Shown here one piece after another: positions 51,446 to 64,000 of a stretch of 64,000 nt of DNA; the stretch's first letter is position 1, and the number at the start of each line of letters is the position of its first letter. A model generated the notes under the pieces. It did not search any database. It was not told the DNA's origin and saw only the letters and a list, made by a program, of their open reading frames with translations. This stretch comes from Epiperipatus broadwayi (Eukaryota > Animalia > Onychophora): contig JAQFVV010000007.1 of the NCBI GenBank assembly GCA_028023455.1, positions 15,872,001 through 15,936,000 on the forward strand. The letters run 5' to 3'. Position numbers and translations under genes: made by a program.

Positions 51446-52370
51446 TTCATCTATTAACAAATAGACATTTTCAAGTGAAATTTAACTAAATATACAACAT
51501 ATATGTACAAAACAAAATATTCATTTCAAAAAAATAACTTCCTTTAATATCAAAGGATATCTTCATGAGATTGACGGCATCAGATTAAAAAAAAATTATC
51601 ATAACAAATATTATCAAAGTTTCTTTTAATCTTCTTTTCAATTTACTTTTTTTCATAAAAGATAACCTCTGCACTGTCAAATAATATATTATGACTTATA
51701 TTCACTTCATGAATATACAAATCTGAGTTGTGATATCTATTTTTAATTCTACTCTTATGAACTTTTAACTTTTTTACTAAGAGTTGATTTACTTTGACCT
51801 ATATAATTTTTATGACATCTGCAAGGAATCTTATAAACTACATCAGGAATAGATTTGCAATCAATTGACTGTTTAGAGCTATTATTTAATAATGAATTTA
51901 AATTCAGACATTTCTTTCAGGCCACTTTTATATGATCCAGTAAAAAATTATTCTTCTAAGTCACCTTACTAATTTCTTTGCCATATTAGTCAATTGATTG
52001 CAAATCTAATGGAGCAGTTTATAAAATTCTTTGTAGTTGTCATAAAATTTATATAGGTCAGAGTAAATTAAGTCTTAGTGAAAGAGTTAAAATTTTATAA
52101 GAGTATATTTAAAAATAGATATCATAATTCAACTTTGAACCGAATAGAGGTCATAAAATATTATTTGACAATGCAAGAAGGGTAAAAGAAACTTTGATGA
52201 TAATTTTTTTTTTTGAATCTGAGGCCATCAATCTCATAAAGACATATTTGATTTTAAAGGAAGTTTTTTTTAAATGAATGATGGGAAGGCTATTTTGTTT
52301 TGGATATAAGATATAATGCTGTATGCTTAGTTAAATTTTATTTGAAAATGTCTATTTGTTAATAGATGAA
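51446..52370. mobile_element. ~925-bp foldback element / MITE with ~425-bp imperfect inverted arms
   Basis: The outer 29 bp are a perfect inverted repeat (TTCATCTATTAACAAATAGACATTTTCAA); arms pair inward to AGATTTGCAATCAATTGACT / AGTCAATTGATTGCAAATCT; spacer ~115 bp; non-coding. Confidence 0.9.
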
Positions 52371-55300
52371 ACCATGGTTGTGGAAGAATTTTAGAAAAAA
52401 TTTTGTTTTTTGGTTGATATTCTAATGTTACATGAATTTCTATTTTATTAATTATTGCATATTCAATATTAGATTATTAATTCACAAAGATTATTTATGA
52501 GTAGAAATAAGTTTTTCCTTATGAAGTTAAATGTTAAAATGGCTATGTTTACTTAATAGTTATTGCATATTCTATATCAGGTTATTAATATACAAGGATT
52601 TTTTAAATGATTAGAAATTAACTCTACAAATGAAATTTAATGTCTAATTATATTGTTAAAAGCTTTATTTACATCTGAGTTTGATTTTTAAGTTTGGTTG
52701 AATAAAATTGCCAGAGCTGGGGTAGCAAAGACATATGGTTTCTTCTACTAGTTTTACATTTTGTTGGGCAATTGATAAAGAAGGTTTATCATTCCATTAT
52801 TTATGTAAATATATATGCATGAATGATTGAATGCGTCTTTATATGTATATACATAATTAGGAATTCATCTCATCTTTAGGAAAATACAAACGACAATTAC
52901 CCACAGATTTTGTAAAAAAAAGAAAAAAGAAAAGATCATTGTGTTTATTTAGTCCCAAATTCAACTAACTCACGAAACTAATTATTTCTCTTTTTAGTAA
53001 TAACTGCAGTGACAAGAACATATTCAATGAATATTAGTAATTTTCATTATACAGCTCTTTCATAGGTATCGGTGAGAAATCACAAAGCATCTTTCTATTA
53101 ATAATAAACTTTTTCACAGAAATGATGTGGAGAAAAGAAATTATGCATTGGATGTATTGAAAAACATTTTGGAAAGATTTTTAACCCTGATTAATAATAG
53201 TAGAAATCCGTGTGTAGAAATAAATTGTTATAGTTAAGTTTCACAGTGTTGATGCAGATTATCTCATTGTATCATCAAAAGTTTCTAACATTTTTGAGTT
53301 TGCTGTCATGACTCCCCCCCCCCCAATAAATAAAAATAATAGCTTTTTTATTTTTCACAGTAACATAGCCAATAAAATCATTCATTCCACACCTATGATT
53401 ATCCAATTCTGAATTTTACCAACGTAATTTATTTTTAATTTAATAGTACCAGCAATGGTAGGTCAATTAAACGCTCTACTAGGGTATATTTTAATCTAAC
53501 CACTACTTTACGTGAACCATGGCAGTATAAAAAGTACTGGTGTTGCAAGTAATACATATACCAAAATGAAGACATCGTTGAGAAAAATATACCCATATGA
53601 AAATATTGCAATATATAGATTCTATTTACATATTTTATTTATAGTTTCTCTTTGTTCTCTTGAGACCTTGCTCACCTCTCCTTGTAATAGCCAGAGGGGA
53701 AAGTATTTTTTAATTATTGTGTAGTAATTTTCCATCAAGTTTGCGTGCATACTGGATAATTCTGTAGCAATTTTGCAGCACGCGTTTGTGGATACACATA
53801 CATTCACGTTGGCGTGTATTCACATATATAGATCGTACAAGTCCATTTTTTTTTTCTCTGAGGCTATCCGTTTTACTCCAGGAAGCTTGGAGTTTTTTAA
53901 CATATTGTAGTTTTTATTTTTTACGATTCTCATTCTCGATCTCTATTGATGTGACATCTGGATTTTTTTTTTTGTTATTATTATTTCCATTAAAAATTTT
54001 TTCTTCTCAGATTTAATCTAAGCTGCCATCACTCTGACTAGATTGATGGTATAGTTCCCCTCTAAATTCCTAGTTCCCCCCCCCTCACTTTAAAGTGTAG
54101 TGTTCTAGTAATGGCTGCTAACTAGCACTGGAAGGAAAAAATACTTCTCCACTCTAAGGTCTATTTATTTTTGAGCTGAATTGTGTATTAAAAATAAAGA
54201 CATGCATACTGATGGAAACTGTCATTTGTGCAAAAGAATTACTGAAGCAAATGGTCAAATTTGAACAGATTTGCTTATGGCATGAAAGATATGCATTGAA
54301 ACTCGCAAGGAGAAGAACAAAATTCATCACCAATTTCCTAGTTGAATGAATGAGGGCAGATTTTCAATATGGCGTACTTGATAAGCCAGAACTTGGAATA
54401 CAACATTGACGACTGTCTTAAAGAAATATTAGCATTTAAAGTTAAAAAGGAGAATAATTTGTACATTGTAAAATACTTTCTGGTCGTGCTTGTAAAATAA
54501 CCGTTGTGCCTGATAAATAAAAGCATTTTTTACAAACACACACAAATACGTAACCAAAAGTGCACGCGTAAGAGAGTGCATATGTAAATCAAATATATAT
54601 ATTAGTGTTTAAGTAAATAATTAATATATGTATGATATATCTTTTGTGATTAACCAATATGAAAATACTGTTGGATATATCTTTTGTGATTAAACAATAT
54701 GAAAATACTGATGTTATATTCCTGTGTATATATTAATTGTTTTTTTTTTATCTATTTAAAACATTAGATTAAAACATTGTACTTTGATAAATAAAAAGTG
54801 AAATTGAAAAAGGATTTTGAATAGAAATTGTTGCCATCTTACACTCCTAATGTAGAGACTTAGGTCAGTGGCTATTGCATTCACTTATTATGCCCCATGA
54901 CTGGTGGCTTGCCCACCATATCCACGAGTTTAGACTAGGTGAATCTCGAAACTGTTTCAATTCACAAACAGGCTTAGTATTATACTATTTAGAGAAACTG
55001 CTCATAAACTAACCTAGCTAGCCACCTAATAATGGATTAATGGGTATTTATTTTTAACTGGAGGATAAAGATCTTAGATTAGCCTAGCCTATTCAGGTTG
55101 ATATCAATACATTGAAAACATGATTGTAATATAGAGTGATGTTTAGTGCTGTTCATGGAGGTGGAGAGGGGATAGGGGCAATAAATCATATTCCTAAGAT
55201 AGTATTTGCTAGTTGTCACAATCAAGCTTAAGTATTTTTTTAGGGAAATGGTTCATAGCCAGCCGTATTTTAATAGAGGTGAGTAAATGTAAATCTGGCC

Positions 55301-56826
55301 ATTGTTATCTAGAGGATGCAAGTCCCATGTTAACTGGATCATTCAGATTTATGTGAATATGCTGACTGTAATAATAATAAAAAAATTCACATTGTGCAAT
55401 CTTCACTACTGGTGGCAGGGATGGGAGTGGGCGAAGGGTAAGTCATTGTTTACTCTTTCATTGAGTAAACCTTATAATTATTATTTTTATGAATTTGAGA
55501 CTTAATAATACAAGAGTGAGTTAACAATATACTCATAACCATTTGTGTATATATACTAAATAAGAATTAGTAAGAAAATAGTATAATGATGAAGTGTTTG
55601 TTGGTAAGCAATTTGGCAGGGTTTTTAAGAATATATATCCTACACAAAGAAACACCTAGCTTAATCTAAGGAACAGCTACTTGTGAACATTTGGCCAATA
55701 GTACATATTGCTAATGAGGAATTTGTTTGAGTGACAGAATATCTTATTTATGAGCAATTGATTCAATGACAGAGTGTCTCATAGGTGTTCAGTAAGAAAC
55801 TGATTGACTTGAATAGTAATATTGTGGTGTATAGCAGGCTAAACACTAGGGTAGTTTCTTGATGAATAATTTACCCAACATCAATGATAGTATAACTTGC
55901 TCCCAGTTATTTGTACTAATGATAAGTAATTTTCTAGTTTAATTAATTTTAAATATGTATATAGCCTCACTATTCTATTTATTTCCATATAATTTATAAA
56001 AAATTTCAAACTTCATTGTTTTTACAGTCACACACCACTTATAATAATGGACTATTGAGAAATAATTCACTTGTGATTATTAAGTAAATAAGCATGAATA
56101 GAATATGAGTGGGCACTTATTCTGATGGTGAAGAAATGGGTGACTGGCTTCATTTATACTTTTACAATTCATCAAAGAAAAATCCCTTATCTCAACCTCA
56201 GCAAGACTTTATGTAGAAATTTTCAGTGCACAATGGAAAATAATATTGAAATAGCAGTATGGTGAATTTATGATTGCCAAATACAAATGATCTTTGCAGT
56301 GAAATGGGATCCCACAATTAGAAATTTATTTACCATTAGAACAGTAAATTAATTTTTCTCTTAGATAAAAACTTCAAAAAGAACTGGCATTACTATGACA
56401 GATAAACAAAACACTACTGATGAAATGGAAATTTGAGAATTACAAAAAAATAATAGTAATAAATCACATTAATAGTCAGATACCTTATCTGGAAAACACA
56501 TGCAAAAAACTTGCATAACAAGAACCAGTAACAAATATGACAAGAAATGACAACGTAAAACATCTACACAGTGATATGTGTCACTTAAATATCTCAGCAA
56601 TTAATGTACATGGTCTTAATAGGAATTGATAAATGGAATAGCTAAACTGTTTATGAGAATACACCAAGAAGATAGATTCATCTTTACAGAAACAGATATT
56701 TCGTATTAACATTCCAACAAGTTATTATTAAGTCTGTGATTAATTTGACCCATTATGCTTCTATCTATATTAATAATCTTACCAAAGTATTTATAATTAT
56801 CACTTTAAAATCATTATTATCTTTCT

Positions 56827-57580
56827 AAATATATGTATATTGACTATACTAAACTTAATGTAATTATAAGGGACTTAAACTCGAACTTTCAAGCTCCATA
56901 CATCTACTCAATCTATCTTATACAACTGATACACATGACCACATATGTGAAAAAGATATTTGATCTCCTATATACATATTTTGCATTGAACCAGCACTCA
57001 TCAGTTGGCCCAGATAACCACCTTGCACACATATATACTAACAGTGCTCAGTTTATATTAAGATAGCAAATCTTTATAGTGAAATGGACAATCTTCAATC
57101 TTCTCCACTCTCCAATCTTCAACCATCCATTTCATTGAAAATCTGAGGAAGGAATACTCAAAATCCTTGTTGATGCCAATATTATTGTCATATCCATGTT
57201 GACCTTAAGTCAATCTGACCCTCACACATAGGATCTTAATATGTCCATTTAATTATACAGAAGAGGGTTGGACATAATATAGGCTGAATATGTAATATTT
57301 AAATATATGTATATTGTTTAAATGTAATTATAAGGGACTTAAACTCGAACTTTCAATTCTCTCTGTACCTATCCAATCTTTCTTATTAAAGTTTAAAAAT
57401 TTGCTATTTTAATATAAACTGAGCACCGATTGTATATATGTATGGGAGATGGTGATCTGAACCAATTGATGAGTGCTGGTTCAGCACGAAATACTTACTT
57501 ATATTGGAGATCATTTATCTTTTGCACATGTATGTGGTCATATGTGTCAGTTATTGAATATTACATTTTACTGTTTTGGC
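56827..57580. mobile_element. Family-B locus: >1 monomer on minus strand (period ~464-474 bp) joined head-to-head to a partial plus-strand copy
   Basis: AATGTAATTATAAGGGACTTAAACTCGAACTTTCAA at 56857 and 57321; 56930-57070 is the reverse complement of 57400-57550. Confidence 0.85.
57451..57515 (+). ncRNA. Type I hammerhead ribozyme motif, family B (best-preserved copy)
   Basis: GGTGATCT-gaa-CCAA TTGATGA GTGCTG-GTT-CAGCAC GAAA TA-CTTACT-TA TA TTGG-AGATCATT. 6-bp helix II, 3-bp helix III, AUA triplet (57501-57503) and bulged helix I; the only core deviation is C3>U. Confidence 0.82.
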
Positions 57581-59120
57581 ATTTATCCGTAATTGCTTTC
57601 ATCAGATTCCCCTTGTATTATGATAATGATGAAGTGTTTTTGTCAAAACCATCACAGTATTTAGTAAATACTTTATAATATATATATATTTGATTCTGTT
57701 ATTTCATTTTTTGAATTGTCTTTTTTTAAAAAAAAAAAAAATGCGTCTGTTCTTTTCTTTAGTCTTCTTTCAATTTTCCGCTGTTGTCTATTTTATCGAT
57801 TGTCATGATAGTCTTCTATATCTATTAATAGTATATGCCCATGTCAAATTATTATCTCTTTATATTTCCATGTTTTATACTTAGACAAATGTAACAAATG
57901 AATGTGTGCAAAAAATTGTTATGTTTAATTGATTACAAACACGTAAGTGTCACTTAATTCTAAAGACAATTTTAAAAAACGATTTTTCAGTTATATTTTT
58001 AAGCAGTCAATGTGATTAATGATGTCGGCCCACTTATGTTTGCCCCCCTGTGATCTCACAGGATTGTCTGTTTGCTTTTTACCAAAGTTATTTTTGTAGG
58101 AAAACATGAGAAAGAATCTTCTGCATTAGTTAGATTATTTCTCTTTTTGCATGTGAAATACTTTATATCTTTCAATACATCGCTATCTCTATCTGTCTGT
58201 GTGTGTGTGTGCTGTGCCCGTATATGTTTCAATTAGAGCAATGTGTGAGAACATTTTTTAATTCTATTTTGGTTTCACTGATATAGTAGTTAATACACTT
58301 TCTTTTCTCAATTACTTGTGAAAGCCTTTCAATTTTCCTGTCAAACAAGTCAAAGAAAATGTCCACACCTATTTTTTTTGCTTTTCAGTATAATGTTATA
58401 TATATAAACGCATTTACATATATGTTTAAATATGTTAATATATATATATATCTCATCAAAATTAGTAGAATAGTATGCAGTTTTTTAAAAAAATGAATGC
58501 ATGCACGTCTCAAGTTCAAATTCAGATCAAATGAAGTATTGAAATTATTTTAGATTTCAGAAATGTTCTGGCCAATGATAACCAAATAATTATTCTTTTA
58601 TTGGTCGGTGAATGAATATCTAATTTATTCATAGCTACAATATAAATCTAGGAAGTAAAGTCATATAAATTGTGATGAGTAAGTAGTTCATGGTTTCTCG
58701 GTAGAGGCATGTTAGAATCCTGACGTGAAATGGAGACTTCAAATTGTTATTACTGCCAGACTTTTACTATTTTAGCATGAGTAATAAATGTTTTTAAAAT
58801 TTAATTTTGAAAACACAGCAAAAATCTGTATATTACATTTGTTATGAGCACATGTTTCTATTTTGTCTTTTAACTATTTCTAAATATTCTTTTTAATTTG
58901 TGTTTCTCATTTTCCCTAGAAATTATCAATTAGAAGATTCAATTATTATAATTGATTTTTACTGTTAAATACTGTGCAGTTTACTGCAATTGTGAATTGT
59001 CAAAATCTGGAACATAACATTCCAGACTAACCCCAGATATCTAGATATGATACTACCAACTTATTTGATTATTTTTATTCATTAAGATTGTTTGTTTAAA
59101 TGGTATTAAGAAGATTTAGA

Positions 59121-59631
59121 GGTTTTTCACAGAGGCAAAACTCCCACTCAGTGCAAGGTTAGTGCATAAAATCTCTGTCTAGTGCCTACTCATCCAATAT
59201 CCTCAAACTAGTTTCTAGCTTGTGACTTTCATTAGTGAGGAGCCTTGGATTTGAGAGCACTGCATCTAGATCTTAGGATCTAATACAACCCTCCAGCAGC
59301 CACCTTTTAATTTTTTTAGCTAACTATAAAGCTTTGAGTCCAAAATGAAAACACAACAATGTTTTTAAGCTAAGCTCATCAACTTGTATAGTTATATAGA
59401 TCTGAACTCAGTTCAGCATCCATACATTTTAGTATCTTTGCTCTCAGATCCAAGGCTCCTCACTGATGAAAATCATATTTGATGAGTAAGCACTAAATAG
59501 GGATTTTATGCACTAACCTTGCTGTATCCATTAATTACTCTGGCTTGCATTGAATGGTGCTACTGTATGGAGAGTTTTTGCTTCTGTAAAAAACAGTTTG
59601 TGTAAGCATAAAGATTGGTAATCATACGATG
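59121..59631. mobile_element. Two family-A copies head-to-head (minus 59121-59436, plus 59437-59631)
   Basis: Minus HHR TCCTCA CTAATGA A AGT-CACAA-GCT A GAAACTAGTT TGAGGA (59241-59200). The plus copy keeps TCCTCA CTGATGA (59457-59469) but lacks the GAAAC-TAGTC segment. Confidence 0.85.
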
Positions 59632-61848
59632 AAGAATTACAGATGGTGATGAGGTTTTAGTAGCTAAATGATACTGAACATGGTGGAATTAAAATAACTG
59701 ATTGGTTGTGGTTTCTAATATTTAAAAATGTATAAAAAAGTTAATGAATAAAACAGCATTTAAATAGTCTATTGTAGGGCAAAAGCCTTTTCAACATATA
59801 GAAACAGTTCATGAGAAGGTATTACTAGGTGGCAAAATTTTAATATGCACTAAAGAAAAAAAATTACTAGACATTCTTATTACTTACCAAAGTTAAATAG
59901 GTAAATGAATTGGCTTTAAACCAGAGGCACAGGAAAGAAAAATCATATGTGAATTAAAATCTAAAAGTTAAAACTTTATTGCTTTGGATTCTGAGTCATG
60001 CCTGTGCAGAGAAGAAGAAAAAATTTAAACCATCTGAAAAATGCATATCATTAATTCACAAATAGTTGGGAGGCACACATGTCAATGTCCAGGTTCACCT
60101 GATGATATACCTATTCTGAGATTTATAAATAGTGTATAGTAATGAAATAATTGTTTTTTTTTTTCTATGCATTGATGTTAGTGGTGAATTAACTATTTTA
60201 TTACTAATATTTGTCATTATTTTTTATATAGCGCAGAATAAGTTTCTACAATTCAATTAACAATTTATAATTCCGGCATACAATAGATTAAAGCCTTGAT
60301 TTCATCATGGTGAGCAAAGGTTGGCTTATATAAAGATAAGCTCGAAGCATAAGTGTACACATATGCTTTTCAAAATTTGTAAAAAAAACATGATTGGAGA
60401 TGATCCTTCTTTATAATATTATTAACACTTATGCATATAACTAAAAATAAATGCATAAATAGTGGAATATTTTTTTTATTTTGTAAATAAAGAGAAAATG
60501 TGAATGTAATACAGTTGAGTAAGTTGCTTTTTCACAGAAGGTGTTGTTGTAATTTATTGAGGAGTGGGGTCATCTTCATTTCAAAACACTATGTTTAAAG
60601 ACAGAACCAAGTGCCTGACTGCCACTATTTCTGCTACACCAGGAAAGGTTGACTCTGATTTCCATAGTTTATTTTTTCCTAATAAGTAAACATTTCTTTA
60701 AGTTAAATATGGCAGCTAATCCATGAATGTCAGGGTAATTTGAGTGAAAACATAGGGCCAGTAAGATATTGTGAAATAGTCCACTTATTCAGAGTCTTAT
60801 TAACATCTGGAATAAAGTGTACAAATTCACCACTATTGTTTGAGTGAAGGTCACTCCATTGGCCTCTTGAAGAGAATATAGTTGAGGGATTTACTATTCT
60901 CCAGTCTGAGAGGTAACTAAAAATAGCCATATAACAATTTTATGACTAATATTGACTGGTTAAACCCAGATCATGAATAGTAAAGATAAAAATGGGGACA
61001 CTCCACAAGACTCACACATATTAATAAAATTGAGACATTTTGTATTACTTGGTTAAGAAAGAAGACATTTTCTTCTCTCTTATTGCATATATATTTGCAA
61101 TGTTTTTAGTTTTTATGAGAGCCCCCCCCCCCAGCTCAACTCCACCACAACACTGCTATCTACTAATGCATTGAATGAACAATTCTGACTCCTCACGTGA
61201 GGTTAGAGGTACCAAATACCTGAATTTTTATGTTCATATTGAACACTTGATTACATTCTCTACATCACTGTCTCACAAGATAGATTCTGGTTTCTATCAC
61301 TGTTAACACATTGTGGAAGGTAGACAATTATTATGATATATATTTTCAAGTTTATTTTTTTAGCTTTATCAGTGCATCTTTTGTCTCAACTTCACAATAT
61401 TGCAACCAACCACCAGTACATAAATTAAACCCCCCCTCCCCACTGTATGCATTTTATAAACAATCTTCAGGAGATCTTGAAGTATTGACACATGAATATC
61501 CATCCATTCTATCTCAATAACGTTCACTTGTAAGATAGAGATTGGTTTATATTCACTTTTACTTTAGTACCTTGTAAATAGGTTAACGGTCATTGCACTA
61601 TAGATAATATTTATCTTTTATTAGTGGATATAAATTTCAATATTTTAAATAACATTTCTGTTTTATATATCGCATCCTTCCCCTTTTAATAACATTGAAT
61701 TTAATATTAATCTGTTCTTCGCAATCATATTCTTTCATTTTAGAAAGTCTTTTGACGTGTGTGTCAAACTTTCTATGTTGACATTTGTATATGTTGTATG
61801 ATCATTTCTAAAGTGATTCTTTTCTCCGTCTCTTCTTTTGTCTTTTAG

Positions 61849-61886
61849 GTACACCTAGACAGTTCGACGGTGTTTTTTCTCTCTAA
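61849..61886 (+). other. Strong splice acceptor with candidate exon start (terminal coding or UTR exon)
   Basis: Long polypyrimidine tract TTCTTTTCTCCGTCTCTTCTTTTGTCTTTTAG|GT in a CpG-rich patch; phase-1 reading GTPRQFDGVFSL*. Confidence 0.3.
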
Positions 61887-63689
61887 ATCTCATCATGATG
61901 GGAGAAAAAAAAAGGGATACTTAAAAAATGCTTTATTTCTTATTTTTTCTGTTTGTGGGTTTGTGTGTGTGCTTGTTTTCAGTTGTAACGAATCTTTCAG
62001 ATTAAATCTTACATTTCCGTGGCAGATAAGAAACACATCAGCATACCGAAAAGGCATTTTCTTTCCTAATACGTTTGTATAGATTTTTGCCTGGATAGTT
62101 CTTTTTCCCCACCTGCTCCCCACCCCAGAGAACGGCAAAGGTGGAAGGGAGATAAAAAATATTATAGGAAATCTTTTCATGGTAATAAGCTTATAATTCA
62201 AATGTTCCTAGTGATTAATGTGGAACAAGAAATCGTGGAAATATTTTGACAACAATAGCAAATTTAAATTGGCTACCGGAATAAATTTATGAGAGAGCAA
62301 CCCGAGATAGGCGATAAATAGATTAGATACGTATTAGGAACAGCTCCAAAATTTTATTACATTTTTATTATAAAATGAAGACTTTTAAAGATAAATATTA
62401 ATAACAATATTTTCCCAATAAACTTAATGATTAACATTCTATGCTCCAATGCCGTGATTGAATGGATAATCTTGCTCTAATCTCCACCTTTCCCATCCCC
62501 TTTTTAAAGTAAAAGATTGGCTTTTTAAATTATTAATTAACATTATATTTATATATAATCGTCATATTCTAAGTTTAGAACACGTTTAGGTTTTGTTTAA
62601 AAAATTAAATATGTAATATAAGGAATGAAAAGGACAGAGATGTAACCCAGAAATTATGTATCAGATTCTAAAGCGTCAAATCATACCAATTCTAGCGTTT
62701 TTGGGATTCAAAGTTTTAATGAATTCATGGAAAATAAAGTCATTCAATTATTATTATAAGAAGGATAGAAAAAATACTTAATGTTTCTGGATTGTGGTAC
62801 GCAGGATAGATAGCATGGAGAATGAGCAAATGGATAGATACTTGTGACATTATATCCGGACTTTGACTTGAAGCATGAATGATAGGTTGAAATTGTTTTC
62901 TTTTGCCTACATTGTGAGATGATCTAACTTATTAGTAAAGTATATAGTGCTTTGAAACATAATTAGTGAAAGATGAAGACCATGACTGGCAGTGAAGTGT
63001 ATGAATGCCCCAATCTCAATAATGGGTGTTCTTTTGGGCAATTGACCTCTCCCCCCAATACCCAATAGGAGAAGTGGAACGGTATTTCTAACATTTCTGG
63101 TAATCCAAAATTTTTGGGATTGATTTAATGGCATTTAATAATGATAGCTAAGTACTATTTCTATGAGTTCCATAATACCACACGATGTAGTATTTGGACA
63201 TCCAATTCCACACTTTTTAATTGATTTTTAGAAAATAATTATTATTTTTTTTTTTTTTAATTTAAAAATGCAGAACATGTCTATATCATCATATTTTTTC
63301 AATTCATAGTTTTTGGGGGTTTTTGACCTTGAATCTTTATATTTTTTGCATTTTCTTGGTATTAAACCATGTATTTATTTCTTTACAGTTAAGTAATTTT
63401 CGCTTTTTACAATTTTTAAAATTGAGTATTGAAAGTTTATGAAGTGAGTCTCAACAAAAGGATAACTAGCTCTTTTGGTCTTCAAACTTTCTGCAATGCC
63501 ATCTCTGAATCTGTGTATGATTTACATAGTAATACAGATAAGCTATTCACCACAAAATTTAAGACAATAATGCCATCTGGGTCGTGAATTATGACATGAA
63601 ATATGTTTATATTTTTGAAGATCATCATCAATGTATTCTTCCTGATGTCATTCTTAAAACTCATGGTTCTCTTGCCACCCTTTGTCCCA

Positions 63690-63900
63690 ATTTAAAACAA
63701 ATGTTAATGTTAGCATGTTGCTTCATCATGGGTTAAAGCATGATACATATTGCAACATTTCATGTCATGATACGTTTCATGCTTTAACCCATGATGTAAC
63801 ATATTGCCACATTTCATGTTGCAATATTCATCATGGATTAAAGCATGAAACATATTCTCCATATTTCATGTTGCAATTCGTGATAGCTAAACCATGTAAC
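63690..63900. repeat. CATG-rich degenerate short tandem/inverted repeat
   Basis: CATCATGGGTTAAAGCATGA / TCATGCTTTAACCCATGATG inverted pair and repeated CATATTGC.ACATTTCATGT units. Confidence 0.6.
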
Positions 63901-64000
63901 TGTATAATACACATGTTGGATTCAGAATGACACTATGGACAAGTGTGAGAGAAAACCAGCCACTCTTTGGGTTCACAAATAACAATAAAATATGTAAACA

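Noticed and set aside
54634-54711. 39-bp tandem duplication
   Set aside because: Ordinary local slippage with no ribozyme or other motif.

Overview
Eukaryotic, very AT-rich (roughly 30% GC by eye, not computed), CpG-depleted animal genomic DNA. It is probably intronic or intergenic sequence of an invertebrate (inference). I see no intact protein-coding gene. The window is mostly decayed mobile elements: mariner remnants, RTE and other LINE fragments, a Tx1/L1-like zinc-finger tail, a 5'-truncated Penelope (RT + GIY-YIG) element, a hAT MITE with a perfect 8-bp TSD, foldback MITEs, tRNA-Gly-derived SINEs and a 5S rRNA pseudogene. CpG-rich patches lie between them. The main signal, invisible in the ORF track, is about 17 type I hammerhead-ribozyme (HHR)-like motifs in four groups. 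Family A has a ~442-nt monomer and at least 8 copies. Family B has a ~465-nt monomer and 6 copies. A tandem pair of minimal HHRs has a 112-bp period, and a U3-A8 variant HHR sits at the 3' end of the Penelope element. Families A and B are non-coding, occur as tandem monomers, and at four loci form head-to-head inverted junctions. This is the architecture expected of Penelope-mobilised, retrozyme-like RNAs. All ribozyme calls come from reading core and helix motifs by eye. Activity, expression and novelty are untested.
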